A stretch of 54,055 nt of DNA from positions 1-54,055 of the IMG/VR virus record IMGVR_UViG_3300010155_000008. One strand, given 5' to 3'. Origin of the DNA: a virus. Its lineage: Duplodnaviria > Caudoviricetes. Numbering within the stretch: position 1 is the first letter of the stretch; each line of letters begins with the position of its first letter. Shown here one piece after another: positions 9,521 to 19,920 of this stretch. The notes under the pieces were generated by a model. That model saw only the letters and a list, made by a program, of their open reading frames with translations. It searched no databases and was not told the DNA's origin. Position numbers and translations under genes: made by a program.

Positions 9521-12500
9521 ATGGCAAGATACCCACAAGGAGTTTCCTCATTTATACCTACATATCAGGCATATGAACCTGACTTTACCACTATGGGTAA
9601 AATGTTGAGTATTAAACAAAATCAATATGATCAAAATTGGAAGAAACTTAATAACATTTATAGTTCTTTATATTTTTCTAAAACAAGTCATGGAGAAAGT
9701 CAAAAAGTAAAAGATCAATTAAGAAATGAAATAGATTTTAATCTTAAAAGAGTATCTGGATTAGATCTTTCTTTAGAACAAAATGTTCAAGCTGCACAAC
9801 AAGTATTTCAACCTTTTTATCAAAATAAAAGTTTGATGTATGATATGGCAGCAACTAAAAATTGGAATACTGCAAAGAATAGAGCATTAGGTTATCAAAA
9901 TTCTATTGATCCGAAAGAGCATGGATTGTGGTGGGAAGATGGATTTCTAGAGTTAGATTATAAACTTCAAGAATTTCAAAATACACCCTATGATGAAATT
10001 CAAAGTACAGGATTAGCTTCAGTAAATTATACACCTTATGTAGATATAGGATTAATGGCTGGAGAAATGGCAAAAGAATTTGGTGATAGAACCGTTTCTT
10101 CAACAAGTAAGGATGGTTTATATGAGATAACAACTACAAATGGACCTGCTATTTTAATGCAACCTTTATCTCAACTTTACCAATTAAGAATGGGTAATGA
10201 TCCTAGAGTACAAGCGATGTATAAAACACAAGCTTATGTAGATAGAAAGAATTGGTCACAAAGTCATGCTGGTGAATATGATGGAGATGTTAAGGCTGCA
10301 GAAATGGCTTATCTTGAAAATGAATTTAAAGTATTACAAGGTGGAGTTAAAAAGACTAATAAAAAATTAAAAGGTAATGAAGAGTCTTTTAATAAAATGC
10401 AAAGCCTTTTACAGACTGCATTACAAAATGGTACAGCTTCTCCAGATGCTGAAAAGGTTTTAAGAAATGTTTCATCTAATAAAGAGTTAGTTTCAGCACT
10501 TTTAAATATAAGTAATTTAGAAAAAGATATGGTGAGTGATGGTTCATCAAATGGAAATACATCAACAGGAAAACAAGTTATCTTTGAAGGTAATATAGAT
10601 GTGCTAAGAAATAGAGTAGATATTTTAAGAGCTAATTCTTTAATGATGCAAGATTTTAATAAAGCAGCTTATTCATATTCTCAAAGAAATATGAAAACAA
10701 CACAAAAAGCAGATGAATATAAATTAGCTGAATTTAAAGATATGCTTAAAGCTAAAAGTGATAGAAGTATTGCAATGGACAAATTTCGTGTTGAGTCTGG
10801 AACAGCTGTTTGGAGTGCTACAAAAAATGGTATAGAAGCAGTTGATGTTAAAAATAGAAACAGTTGGCAATCAGAAGGTCCTATTGCAGGTGTCACAGCA
10901 AACGAAACAAATTTAAAAACATTTGTTCAAGGTCAAATATCAAGTGAATGGAAACAAGCTAAACCCGGTATAGTTCAAGGTTTAGAGATAGCAACAGCAA
11001 TTGGTATAGAAGGAAGTTCTACTAAACATGGTGAAAGAATTGCTAATACTCTCAATAGAGGTAAATATGAAAATAAAGAAGGAATTGCTATAAATGTACA
11101 TGGGGAGGCTTTAACTTTAACTAATGTTAAAGATGCATTAAATAAATCAACTAATTCAGAAGAGTTTGAAAAAGAAACTGGTTTAAATTTAAGTGATCTT
11201 TCAACATTAAATACAGAACTTTTAGACTTGATGACTAATGATGAAACTACAGCAACTTTAATTAATAGTACTTTTCAAACTGAAGTTGATAAACAAAAGG
11301 TTGTTAATTGGAGAAAAGGAGCTATAAAAAATAAAATTTTATTAAAAGGTATTTATGCTGAAAAAGCGTGGTTAAGGGAAAATACTGAAAAATTACTTAA
11401 AAAAGCAAAACAATCTAGTGGACCTTTGCATAATGCTTCATTTGCAGTTGATCCAAATACAGGAAGATTCCTTGAAGAAAAAGAATATTATGATAATGCA
11501 TTAGAGGCTGTTTTAGAAGGAGGTGTAGCAAATCGTTTTTTAAATAGCATTGGCTTGGATAAAGACTACTTAAAAAGGTATTTAGCTGATCAAAGAAGAT
11601 ATGATAAAAGAGAGCAACAGCTAACTGAGTCTGCAAATAAACAATGGGAAAAGGGTAATTATTTAGGATGGCTTAAAGATCAAACTGAATCAACTTTTAA
11701 TACATATAAAGATTGGGATGATATTTTTTATCCTGATAATATACTTGGAGAGCTTTTAAAAAGTGCTTCTGTAGCTGACTATGACGATGTAAAAGAAGCT
11801 TGGGATAGAGAATGGACTAATAGTAGAAACTTTAAAGAAGCTCCACCATCTTCATTTGGTACAGGATCAGGAATTAGTTCTATGCCCGCAAGTGCAATAG
11901 TAACACCTGGAAATCAAGGAGCATTACCTACACAAGATTTTTATGGAATTGAAGGTGGTAAAATTGGAATTTATGATGATTATGGAAATGTAAAAGGTTT
12001 ATCTAATATAGGTGGCGAGTTAAGTGCAGAATCTCCTGTTATATTTTCTGGAGTTGGTACAACTAATGAAGTTTTAGATGATGATGTAAACACAATTGAA
12101 CATCAAAAGATTGCTAAAATGATTTGGGAAGCACATGGAGATAGAAACTTATATAAAAAAGGTGAAGGATTTAAAGTAATAGTAAAACCTACAACAGAGA
12201 TAAGTGGTAATAAAGCAGCTTATACAATAATGCCTACAAAAGCAATTTTAGATAATTTAATTACTACAGGTGAAGATGAAGAGAAGGACAAAATGAAACA
12301 AGATTTTCTTGTAAATGGAGCTACGATAATATCAGATAGAAGTCAATTTGATTCATATGCATTTGAAGCATCAACTACAAATCCAATAGAAGCTTCATTA
12401 AAAAGAAAAGTTAAATTAGAAACTGATGGTATTGCTGAAGATAGCTATGATATTGAACCTGGTTATGGAATGGATTTTACATATAATAATAAAACAAATC

Positions 12501-12775
12501 AGTATTCTATAAATCATAGATTTAAAGCATTTGATTTAGAAACTTATTTATCTACAGGTACTCTTATGGAAACATCTGTTCCTGTAAATTTAGTAAATGG
12601 AGAAACATTATATACACAATTTGAATCATTTCAAACTTCTACAATGCCTGTAACTCAAGCAGCAAATACCGAAAGAGTTAATGTAATAAGAGCTCTTAAA
12701 CAAAGAAATCCTAATATTACAGATGATCAAATAAGACAAATTTTTACAACTTATAACTTTCAATATAATCTTTAA
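9521..12775 (+). CDS. Putative ejected cargo/internal virion protein (1084 aa)
   Basis: Long helical-looking ORF with no cysteine seen, immediately upstream of the giant genes. Its position matches the cargo genes of crAss-like phages. Confidence 0.6.
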   Translation: MARYPQGVSSFIPTYQAYEPDFTTMGKMLSIKQNQYDQNWKKLNNIYSSLYFSKTSHGESQKVKDQLRNEIDFNLKRVSGLDLSLEQNVQAAQQVFQPFYQNKSLMYDMAATKNWNTAKNRALGYQNSIDPKEHGLWWEDGFLELDYKLQEFQNTPYDEIQSTGLASVNYTPYVDIGLMAGEMAKEFGDRTVSSTSKDGLYEITTTNGPAILMQPLSQLYQLRMGNDPRVQAMYKTQAYVDRKNWSQSHAGEYDGDVKAAEMAYLENEFKVLQGGVKKTNKKLKGNEESFNKMQSLLQTALQNGTASPDAEKVLRNVSSNKELVSALLNISNLEKDMVSDGSSNGNTSTGKQVIFEGNIDVLRNRVDILRANSLMMQDFNKAAYSYSQRNMKTTQKADEYKLAEFKDMLKAKSDRSIAMDKFRVESGTAVWSATKNGIEAVDVKNRNSWQSEGPIAGVTANETNLKTFVQGQISSEWKQAKPGIVQGLEIATAIGIEGSSTKHGERIANTLNRGKYENKEGIAINVHGEALTLTNVKDALNKSTNSEEFEKETGLNLSDLSTLNTELLDLMTNDETTATLINSTFQTEVDKQKVVNWRKGAIKNKILLKGIYAEKAWLRENTEKLLKKAKQSSGPLHNASFAVDPNTGRFLEEKEYYDNALEAVLEGGVANRFLNSIGLDKDYLKRYLADQRRYDKREQQLTESANKQWEKGNYLGWLKDQTESTFNTYKDWDDIFYPDNILGELLKSASVADYDDVKEAWDREWTNSRNFKEAPPSSFGTGSGISSMPASAIVTPGNQGALPTQDFYGIEGGKIGIYDDYGNVKGLSNIGGELSAESPVIFSGVGTTNEVLDDDVNTIEHQKIAKMIWEAHGDRNLYKKGEGFKVIVKPTTEISGNKAAYTIMPTKAILDNLITTGEDEEKDKMKQDFLVNGATIISDRSQFDSYAFEASTTNPIEASLKRKVKLETDGIAEDSYDIEPGYGMDFTYNNKTNQYSINHRFKAFDLETYLSTGTLMETSVPVNLVNGETLYTQFESFQTSTMPVTQAANTERVNVIRALKQRNPNITDDQIRQIFTTYNFQYNL

Positions 12776-12777
12776 AA

Positions 12778-15700
12778 ATGGCTGAGGAAGTAAATAATAC
12801 AGGACAACCTTTGTCAGAGTATACAAATCTTGAGACAAAGTTGTCAACTCCTGAAAATACACAACCAGTTTCAAACATAAATTCTATTGGACCTGGTTTT
12901 GGTGTAAATAATAAATTAGATATTCCGGGTCCCTCTATAATGAATAATATTGTAGGTTATCCTGATAATTTACCTGGTGGACAAGCAATAGGTGATACAA
13001 GAAATTCATTAAAAGAATTTATAGCTACAGAATCTCAAGGTATTTCTGATGCAGCAGGTAAAAATAGTTATGGTAAAATGTTTAACTATGATGCAGGACC
13101 TGATAGTAATAATTTTTATGATAGATATGCTGCATATGGAGATGATAAATTTGCTGAAATAGGTTTTCATCCTTTTAGAGATAATGAAGCTAACTTTAAT
13201 GCTAATACTACAATGTGGAATGATTGGAGTAGAATGCTTACCCATTCATTTCCTGTATTATTAAAAAGAGGATTTATAGATGGACCCAAGAGTTTAGTAA
13301 AAATGATTGGGGGTGATTTTACTGGAGCTGATTTACAAGATGCAGCAGAATATGAAAGAGCTGCTGCTATTGGTATGTCTAATAAAGAAGGTGGAATAAC
13401 AGGAGTAAGTGCTTTTATGAATAATGCTTTCATGAACTTTGGTTATACTGCAGGTATAATTACTGAAGCTATAGTAGAAGAAGTTGGATTAAGTTTTCTG
13501 ACTGGAGCAACTAGTGGAGCAACTGGTGGAATTCAAGCAATGAGAACGACTAAGATTATTGAAGATATTGGAAAAGGTCTTGGTAAAATTAAAACAGGTG
13601 CTAAGGCTGTAAAAGAAATTATACCTAAGTTTTCTACACCAACGACTGCAAGAACTTTTTGGGAAAGTTCTAGAGGTAAAAAACTTTCTTCAATTGGAAG
13701 AACTCTTAATCCTTTAGAAAATACTGTAGATGTACTAAGAGATATAAGAAAATCTACTAAAGCTGGTGAATATTTAGATGGATTAGCTCTTCTTTCTAAA
13801 ACTTCAGGTAGTTTTTATAGAGATGTAAGAAATATAAATATGGCAATATCTGAATCTAGATTAGAAGCAGGTATGGTTGAAAATAAAATATTTCATAAAT
13901 TGTATGATGATCATTATGATAAAGTTGGTAAAATTCCAGATAGTAATGAACAGTATGCAATGAGGCAACAAGCTAAAAAGGGTTCTTTAGAAACGTTTTA
14001 TGCAAATGCAGGTATTATATATTTAACTAATCAAATTACTTTTGGTAATATAACAAATCCTAAAGGTGGATTAAATAATTTTTTAAAACAAACTAGAAAA
14101 GAAATTTATGAAGTTGGTGCTAAATCTGGAGAAAAACAGTTTGGTACTTTAGGTAAAGTAATATTTGATAATACAAAAAAAGCTTTTGTATTTGAAAAAA
14201 ATAACTTAATGAACTTAGCTAAGAGTTGGTGGAAACAGCCTGGATATGCTACAGCAAAAAAGACTTTAGGATATTTTAAAGCTAATGTATCTGAAGGTAT
14301 TCAAGAAAATTTACAAGAAGCAATTGCTAGAGCAAATGAGAATCATTATATAGAGGCTTATAAACAGCAAGGTCCTTCAGCTTCACTTTATGCTAAAGGT
14401 GTAAATAAAAGGAGTTATCAAGTTCAGAGTGGCATACTTGGGAGTACACATATGGATGACTATTGGAAAGAGTTAGGAAAAGAATTTAGTGCTCAAGGAT
14501 TTGAAACATTTATGTCTGGTTTCATGATGGGAACTTTTTCTAAACCTTTAAATAATGCAATTCCATTTTTATCTACACAAAAAGCTAGGATTTTTGATAA
14601 AGCTGCATTTGAAAAATGGAAAAAGACAAAACTTGAAGTAACTAAAGGAATTGTTGATAATCTAAATGATATCAACATAGATCAATTAATTAATAGTAGA
14701 TTAATGAATCTTGGGACTCAAGAAAAAGTTTCTGAAATTCAAAAAAAAGGAACTAAAAAAGAAGCATTAGATGCTGAAGTAGATGCATTTGTATCTACTA
14801 TGGCTTTAATGAGAAGAACTGGTACTGCAGGTGTATTTATAGAAAAGCTTAATTCTATGCAAGAACTTACTGATCTAGAATTAGCTGATGCAGTAAAATC
14901 TTTAAGTGTAGAAAATGTTCCAAAATATAGAAAAAGAATTACTAATTCTATTGCTAAATTAAAATCAATAGAAACTAAATTTAAAGAAGCTGAAGATAAT
15001 CTTGAAAATCCTGTTGATATTCAAAAGATATCTGCAGAAGAAATGAAGACTCCTGAAGGTCAAGCTTTAATTAGATTACATAATGCTTGGAATAAATCTG
15101 TAGAAAACTTTGTATACTTAAATACAGCCTTTGAAGATACAACTAAAAGAATGAGTTCTATCTATAATAATTATTTACAAAGTACTTCACTTGCTACTGT
15201 AGACTATGGTGCTGCTAAAGTTTTATTTAAACCACAAACTATTAGTAGACAACTAGGTATACTTGAACAAGAGCTTGCTATAGAAAGACAAAAAGAGGAT
15301 ATTCCACAATCTGAAAAATCTAAAAATGTAAAAGATAAAGAAAAACAAATTGATGCCTTAAAAGAATTTCAAAATGCTCAAGCTTTATTTTATGGATTTT
15401 ATCAAAGAAATGAAACCCCTACTATTAACTTAGCTAAAAAAAGATTAAAAGAATTTGATGATATAAAAGATCCCACTCAAGAACAAATTGATGGAAAACT
15501 TAATCAATTATTGGGAGATATTACTGATGAAAAGAAACAAGTTGAGGTAAATAAAGCACTAAAAGATACGCATGATAAATACATAAGATCATTAGCAATA
15601 GAAAATAATGCTACAATCTTCCAATCTAGTTTAGATGAGGCCTTTAATCAGTTAGTTGATTATTATAAACTTGAATTTGAATCAAGAGCTGTAGCAGAAC

Positions 15701-18700
15701 ATATTGATTTACTTACTGATCCAGGTGAATTTTTAAAGTTAGTTCTTGAAAATGAAAAAACTTTTGAAAGACTTGATGAATTTAGGAATGAATTACATTC
15801 AGAAATTGTAGATAGAGAAATAAATAAAGTAGCTTTAGATCAATTGTTAAATGCATTAGCAAATAATGCTCCTCCACTTTATATGGATAAAAATCAAGTT
15901 ATTGATATATTAGATAATAAAAAAGTTCCAGACTTTTTTACAGGTCATAAACAGGAAATTTATAATATTGGTAGTGAACCATATAGACAGGGAAAAGAAC
16001 TTATAGATAACTATATAACAACAGCAAATATACTAACTGCTAATATAGATCCTATTTCAGGAGTAGAAATGACTCCTGAAATGAAGAAATCTGTTGAAGA
16101 AGTTCAAAAGGTATTTAAAGATTCTAAAGATATAGGAAGTTTTAAAGGTATGTATCTTAAAGATGGTGATGTATATTCTAGAGTTTCTAATGTAATGTCA
16201 AAACTTTTTACAGATGAAGGTTATAATAGATTAAATCAAGTTATCAAAACTAAAGATGAAGCTTTTGTAAATTCTGAAGATGTTTTTGAGTTTAATCAAG
16301 AAAATATAAATTTGTTTATTAAAGAACTTAAACTTGATGTAGATTCAGGAAGATATGGGGAAACTGATGGAGGTATAACTGAAACAACTTTATCTAATTT
16401 AAAATTAGAACTTGAATCATTATTAAAGGGTGAGGTTTTAAACTCTTATCAAAAAGAAATTGCTGAATTAGAAAGTGGTAAAACTAAATACGAAGGTTCA
16501 CTTGTTGCTTTAGAAAATATAAGAATTATAGATAAAGAAATAGAAACTTTAAAATCTAATAAATATAATAAAGAAGAAATTACTAATGATATTTTAACTG
16601 ATGTAGTATATAAGGTCATGCCTATTATTACTTATGAAGGAGGAAGAGTTAGAGGTATAACTGCAGATGATATGGTCAGAGATTTCTTTGATCCTCAATC
16701 TGAACTCAGATATGATAACTATAAAGATAAAATTAGTGAAGAAGCATTTATTGCTTTATTTGGAGAAAGCGGACACTTAACTAAATTAAAAGAAAGAGTA
16801 GCATCAGGTGATATTTATATTTTTGCTAAAAATTTAGAAATAACTGATAATCAATTATTTAATAAAGAAGGAACTAAACTGAATAATGTTGGAGGTGCAA
16901 TTGATTTAATAATTGTAGATAAAACTGGTAAAAAATATATTGTTGATTTAAAAACAGGAAAACCAAGTAAATGGGCAACGTTTTTAATACCTGGTGATGA
17001 TAACTTTAATTATAAAAAGTATTTTGAAAACAGCATGCAACAAAGAGCCTATTCAAATTTATTTTATAATAAATCTAATGGTAAAGATATTGAAACTTTA
17101 TTATTACCTATATCTATTATAGAAGATACAGATGGTTATATTACAGAAGTTAAAAGTATTCCAGATAAAGATTTTAAAGGTCAAAAAACTTTTGATAATC
17201 TTGTTGATGGTCATATGTTTATAAAAACAGATAATAATGCTAGAATTCAAATAGGTAAGAATAAGGTTAAGGTAACTGATATTGATAAATATATACCAAG
17301 ACAAAGTATTGAAAAAGAAATTTCTGAAGAAAAGAAATTAAGTTCTAAAGAAGTTGTGGTAATAGAACAAAGAAAAAAGGATATAATACTAAAAATAAAG
17401 GCTTTAAAAAGAAAAGCTAATGTAGATACAGAAGCTATAGATGAATTAGAAGATGAATTAGAAGATGTTAAAAAGATCTTAAAACCTAATATTGCAAAAA
17501 AAACTCCAGAAGAAGATGAGGATAAAGAGTTTTATATTGATTTAAGAAAAAGGAAAAGAGCTGCTCAAGAAAATATAATTGAAACTTTAGAAGGAGTTAA
17601 AGAAAAAATAGGAGTAGAAACAGATTATGTAAATAATAAAGGAGTATCTATTAAAATCAAAAAAGGTTTTAATTTACCTAATTCAAAGATAACACTGGAA
17701 GAAGCTAAACAGACAGCTATTGTTAGTATTAATTTGAGAATAGAACAACTTTATAGATATGATATACTAAATCATGAAAGAAAAGATTTAGTTAAAGATA
17801 CTATAGATAATATAACAGGTAGAGTTTTTAATTCTGAAATTGGAAAAATATTTGATAAAAGAATAGATGATTGGGGAAATGAAGGAGCTTTACAAACAAT
17901 TATGATTGATTCTGTATATGTAACTGATGAAGGAAACTATGGAATTTTAGCAAGAAATTTAAGACGAGATAAATTATATGATATGATAGTTACTCCTGAA
18001 GGAGATGTTATATCCCATAATAATCAAGGTAAAATAGGAGAAGTGAAAAATCCTAAAGTTAAGATTGATGATTTTATAAAGTTTGAGAAAAGTGATTTTG
18101 CTAGAAAGAAAACTGATGAGGATAGAGCTAAAGAAGAAGCTTCTAAGAAATCTGGTAAAGAAACTAGAGATATAGACAAAGCTTCTGATATTAAAATTAT
18201 AGATGAATTTAGTGCTGTAACAACAGGTTTTATAAATGGAAAATTTGTACCAAGAACTTTAGAAGAAGGTCTTTTACACATAGATAAATTCTTAGAAAAA
18301 ACTTTTGGGTGGTCAAATGTTAAAACTACTCATAAGATAAAAACTATTAAAGATAAAATTTCTGAAAGTACAGAGGATGTGTTTACTATTACAGCTGATG
18401 GTACAACATTTATAGTAGATCAAGCAGCAGTTGGATTTGCAACTACTCCTGCAGGTAAGACTAGTACTTTTATTATTACATTACTTGATATAGTAAATGC
18501 TAAAGAAAATGCAGAAGAAAAAGCTCCTGTTACTAAATCTAAAGGTAAAATTATTCAATCAATTGAACCTACTATTGAAACAATAGGTAATATAACTTTT
18601 GGTACTGCAGGTCAAGTAGGAGAAAACAAAAATCAAGATGGTGTTTATATAGATACAGAAAATGGATTATATATTTTAGCAGATGGTATGGGAGGAATGG

Positions 18701-19920
18701 GTCGAGTAGCAAGTCAATCTCCTGAACAAGCTTCTTCTGATGTAATTAATATGTTAAAAGGTACACCAGTAAAAACTGGAACTGAATTATTATATGAAGA
18801 ATTTCAGAAAAATCCAGAGATGACTGCAGAAGAAGCTATGGATTTTCTAGGTATGGATGAAGACACTCCAACTGCTTGGATAGCTAAAGATAATCTAAGT
18901 TTTTTATTAGCTGCTTTTAAAGGAGTAGACTTTACTAAAACATCTGATGATAAAGGTTATAAGGCAACAACTACAGGTGCAGTCTCAGCAGTAGCAAAAA
19001 GAGTAGCTCCAAATAAATATAAAATAGAAAAGGTAGGGGATACTGTATTTTTTGTAGTAAATAAAAATGGTAAAGTAATTCAGTCTCATGGTTTATCTAC
19101 AAGTGCTAGTGTTGATGAAGCATATATGTTTAGTATAAAAGGTGGCAAGCCTCAAATGAATTCACCTAAAGTAGATAAGTTTACAATAGAATTAAAAGAT
19201 GGACAAACATTAGTTCTTGCTACAGATTTTATTGAAACAGAAAAAGCTATGGATGATTTTATCAAAACTGATTTTGGTAAAAATATAGATTTTGAAAAGT
19301 TTCAAAAAGAAAATAAAGAAGATGATTCTACTTTTATAGCTATTAGAGAAGAATCTTTAAAACCTGGAGAAGGACTCGATATTGAAGAATCAAGTTTAAC
19401 AGACTTAGTGAATGATATCAATAATGAAAATAAGAATGATACATCTATAATGTATGATACATTAAATGAATTATATATTTCACAAAAAATTACTCAAGAA
19501 AAATATGATGAATTAAAAACTTTATTAGATGCAAAAGCTAATGCACTTTTAGAAACAACTGTAATAATAAAGTCAGGTGATCTTTATACTTTTAAGGAGG
19601 CATTGGATTCTAAAAATATGCAAGTAGGTGAACAAGTTAGAGTACAAAAACTAGATGGTTCTAAAAAAGCTATTATTGTAAAAAAAGTAGGAAGAGGAAA
19701 TTATAAATCGGTATCTTTAACAGTTAAAGAATTTGAATCAAAAATTGATTTTGGTGAAATCCTTCCTAAAGAGGGAACAGGAAAAATTGAACTTGAAAAA
19801 ACTGGAGATATTCTTTTGGATTTTTTAAATGATAAAAAAGCTCAATTAGATTTAGATAAATCTAAAAAAGATTATCTAGATGAAACAGAGGATAATGATA
19901 TTTTTAATAATTGTAAGTAA
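12778..19920 (+). CDS. Giant polyvalent virion cargo protein (2380 aa) with PD-(D/E)XK nuclease-like and PP2C/PPM phosphatase-like domains
   Basis: Gly/Ala-rich amphipathic N-terminal region and EGIQENLQE motif. Nuclease motifs GAIDLIIVD..YIVDLKTG..QQRAY at ~16888-17052. PP2C motifs NQDG, LADGMGG, VGDT, LVLATD, DDST at ~18631-19344. Confidence 0.75.
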   Translation: MAEEVNNTGQPLSEYTNLETKLSTPENTQPVSNINSIGPGFGVNNKLDIPGPSIMNNIVGYPDNLPGGQAIGDTRNSLKEFIATESQGISDAAGKNSYGKMFNYDAGPDSNNFYDRYAAYGDDKFAEIGFHPFRDNEANFNANTTMWNDWSRMLTHSFPVLLKRGFIDGPKSLVKMIGGDFTGADLQDAAEYERAAAIGMSNKEGGITGVSAFMNNAFMNFGYTAGIITEAIVEEVGLSFLTGATSGATGGIQAMRTTKIIEDIGKGLGKIKTGAKAVKEIIPKFSTPTTARTFWESSRGKKLSSIGRTLNPLENTVDVLRDIRKSTKAGEYLDGLALLSKTSGSFYRDVRNINMAISESRLEAGMVENKIFHKLYDDHYDKVGKIPDSNEQYAMRQQAKKGSLETFYANAGIIYLTNQITFGNITNPKGGLNNFLKQTRKEIYEVGAKSGEKQFGTLGKVIFDNTKKAFVFEKNNLMNLAKSWWKQPGYATAKKTLGYFKANVSEGIQENLQEAIARANENHYIEAYKQQGPSASLYAKGVNKRSYQVQSGILGSTHMDDYWKELGKEFSAQGFETFMSGFMMGTFSKPLNNAIPFLSTQKARIFDKAAFEKWKKTKLEVTKGIVDNLNDINIDQLINSRLMNLGTQEKVSEIQKKGTKKEALDAEVDAFVSTMALMRRTGTAGVFIEKLNSMQELTDLELADAVKSLSVENVPKYRKRITNSIAKLKSIETKFKEAEDNLENPVDIQKISAEEMKTPEGQALIRLHNAWNKSVENFVYLNTAFEDTTKRMSSIYNNYLQSTSLATVDYGAAKVLFKPQTISRQLGILEQELAIERQKEDIPQSEKSKNVKDKEKQIDALKEFQNAQALFYGFYQRNETPTINLAKKRLKEFDDIKDPTQEQIDGKLNQLLGDITDEKKQVEVNKALKDTHDKYIRSLAIENNATIFQSSLDEAFNQLVDYYKLEFESRAVAEHIDLLTDPGEFLKLVLENEKTFERLDEFRNELHSEIVDREINKVALDQLLNALANNAPPLYMDKNQVIDILDNKKVPDFFTGHKQEIYNIGSEPYRQGKELIDNYITTANILTANIDPISGVEMTPEMKKSVEEVQKVFKDSKDIGSFKGMYLKDGDVYSRVSNVMSKLFTDEGYNRLNQVIKTKDEAFVNSEDVFEFNQENINLFIKELKLDVDSGRYGETDGGITETTLSNLKLELESLLKGEVLNSYQKEIAELESGKTKYEGSLVALENIRIIDKEIETLKSNKYNKEEITNDILTDVVYKVMPIITYEGGRVRGITADDMVRDFFDPQSELRYDNYKDKISEEAFIALFGESGHLTKLKERVASGDIYIFAKNLEITDNQLFNKEGTKLNNVGGAIDLIIVDKTGKKYIVDLKTGKPSKWATFLIPGDDNFNYKKYFENSMQQRAYSNLFYNKSNGKDIETLLLPISIIEDTDGYITEVKSIPDKDFKGQKTFDNLVDGHMFIKTDNNARIQIGKNKVKVTDIDKYIPRQSIEKEISEEKKLSSKEVVVIEQRKKDIILKIKALKRKANVDTEAIDELEDELEDVKKILKPNIAKKTPEEDEDKEFYIDLRKRKRAAQENIIETLEGVKEKIGVETDYVNNKGVSIKIKKGFNLPNSKITLEEAKQTAIVSINLRIEQLYRYDILNHERKDLVKDTIDNITGRVFNSEIGKIFDKRIDDWGNEGALQTIMIDSVYVTDEGNYGILARNLRRDKLYDMIVTPEGDVISHNNQGKIGEVKNPKVKIDDFIKFEKSDFARKKTDEDRAKEEASKKSGKETRDIDKASDIKIIDEFSAVTTGFINGKFVPRTLEEGLLHIDKFLEKTFGWSNVKTTHKIKTIKDKISESTEDVFTITADGTTFIVDQAAVGFATTPAGKTSTFIITLLDIVNAKENAEEKAPVTKSKGKIIQSIEPTIETIGNITFGTAGQVGENKNQDGVYIDTENGLYILADGMGGMGRVASQSPEQASSDVINMLKGTPVKTGTELLYEEFQKNPEMTAEEAMDFLGMDEDTPTAWIAKDNLSFLLAAFKGVDFTKTSDDKGYKATTTGAVSAVAKRVAPNKYKIEKVGDTVFFVVNKNGKVIQSHGLSTSASVDEAYMFSIKGGKPQMNSPKVDKFTIELKDGQTLVLATDFIETEKAMDDFIKTDFGKNIDFEKFQKENKEDDSTFIAIREESLKPGEGLDIEESSLTDLVNDINNENKNDTSIMYDTLNELYISQKITQEKYDELKTLLDAKANALLETTVIIKSGDLYTFKEALDSKNMQVGEQVRVQKLDGSKKAIIVKKVGRGNYKSVSLTVKEFESKIDFGEILPKEGTGKIELEKTGDILLDFLNDKKAQLDLDKSKKDYLDETEDNDIFNNCK

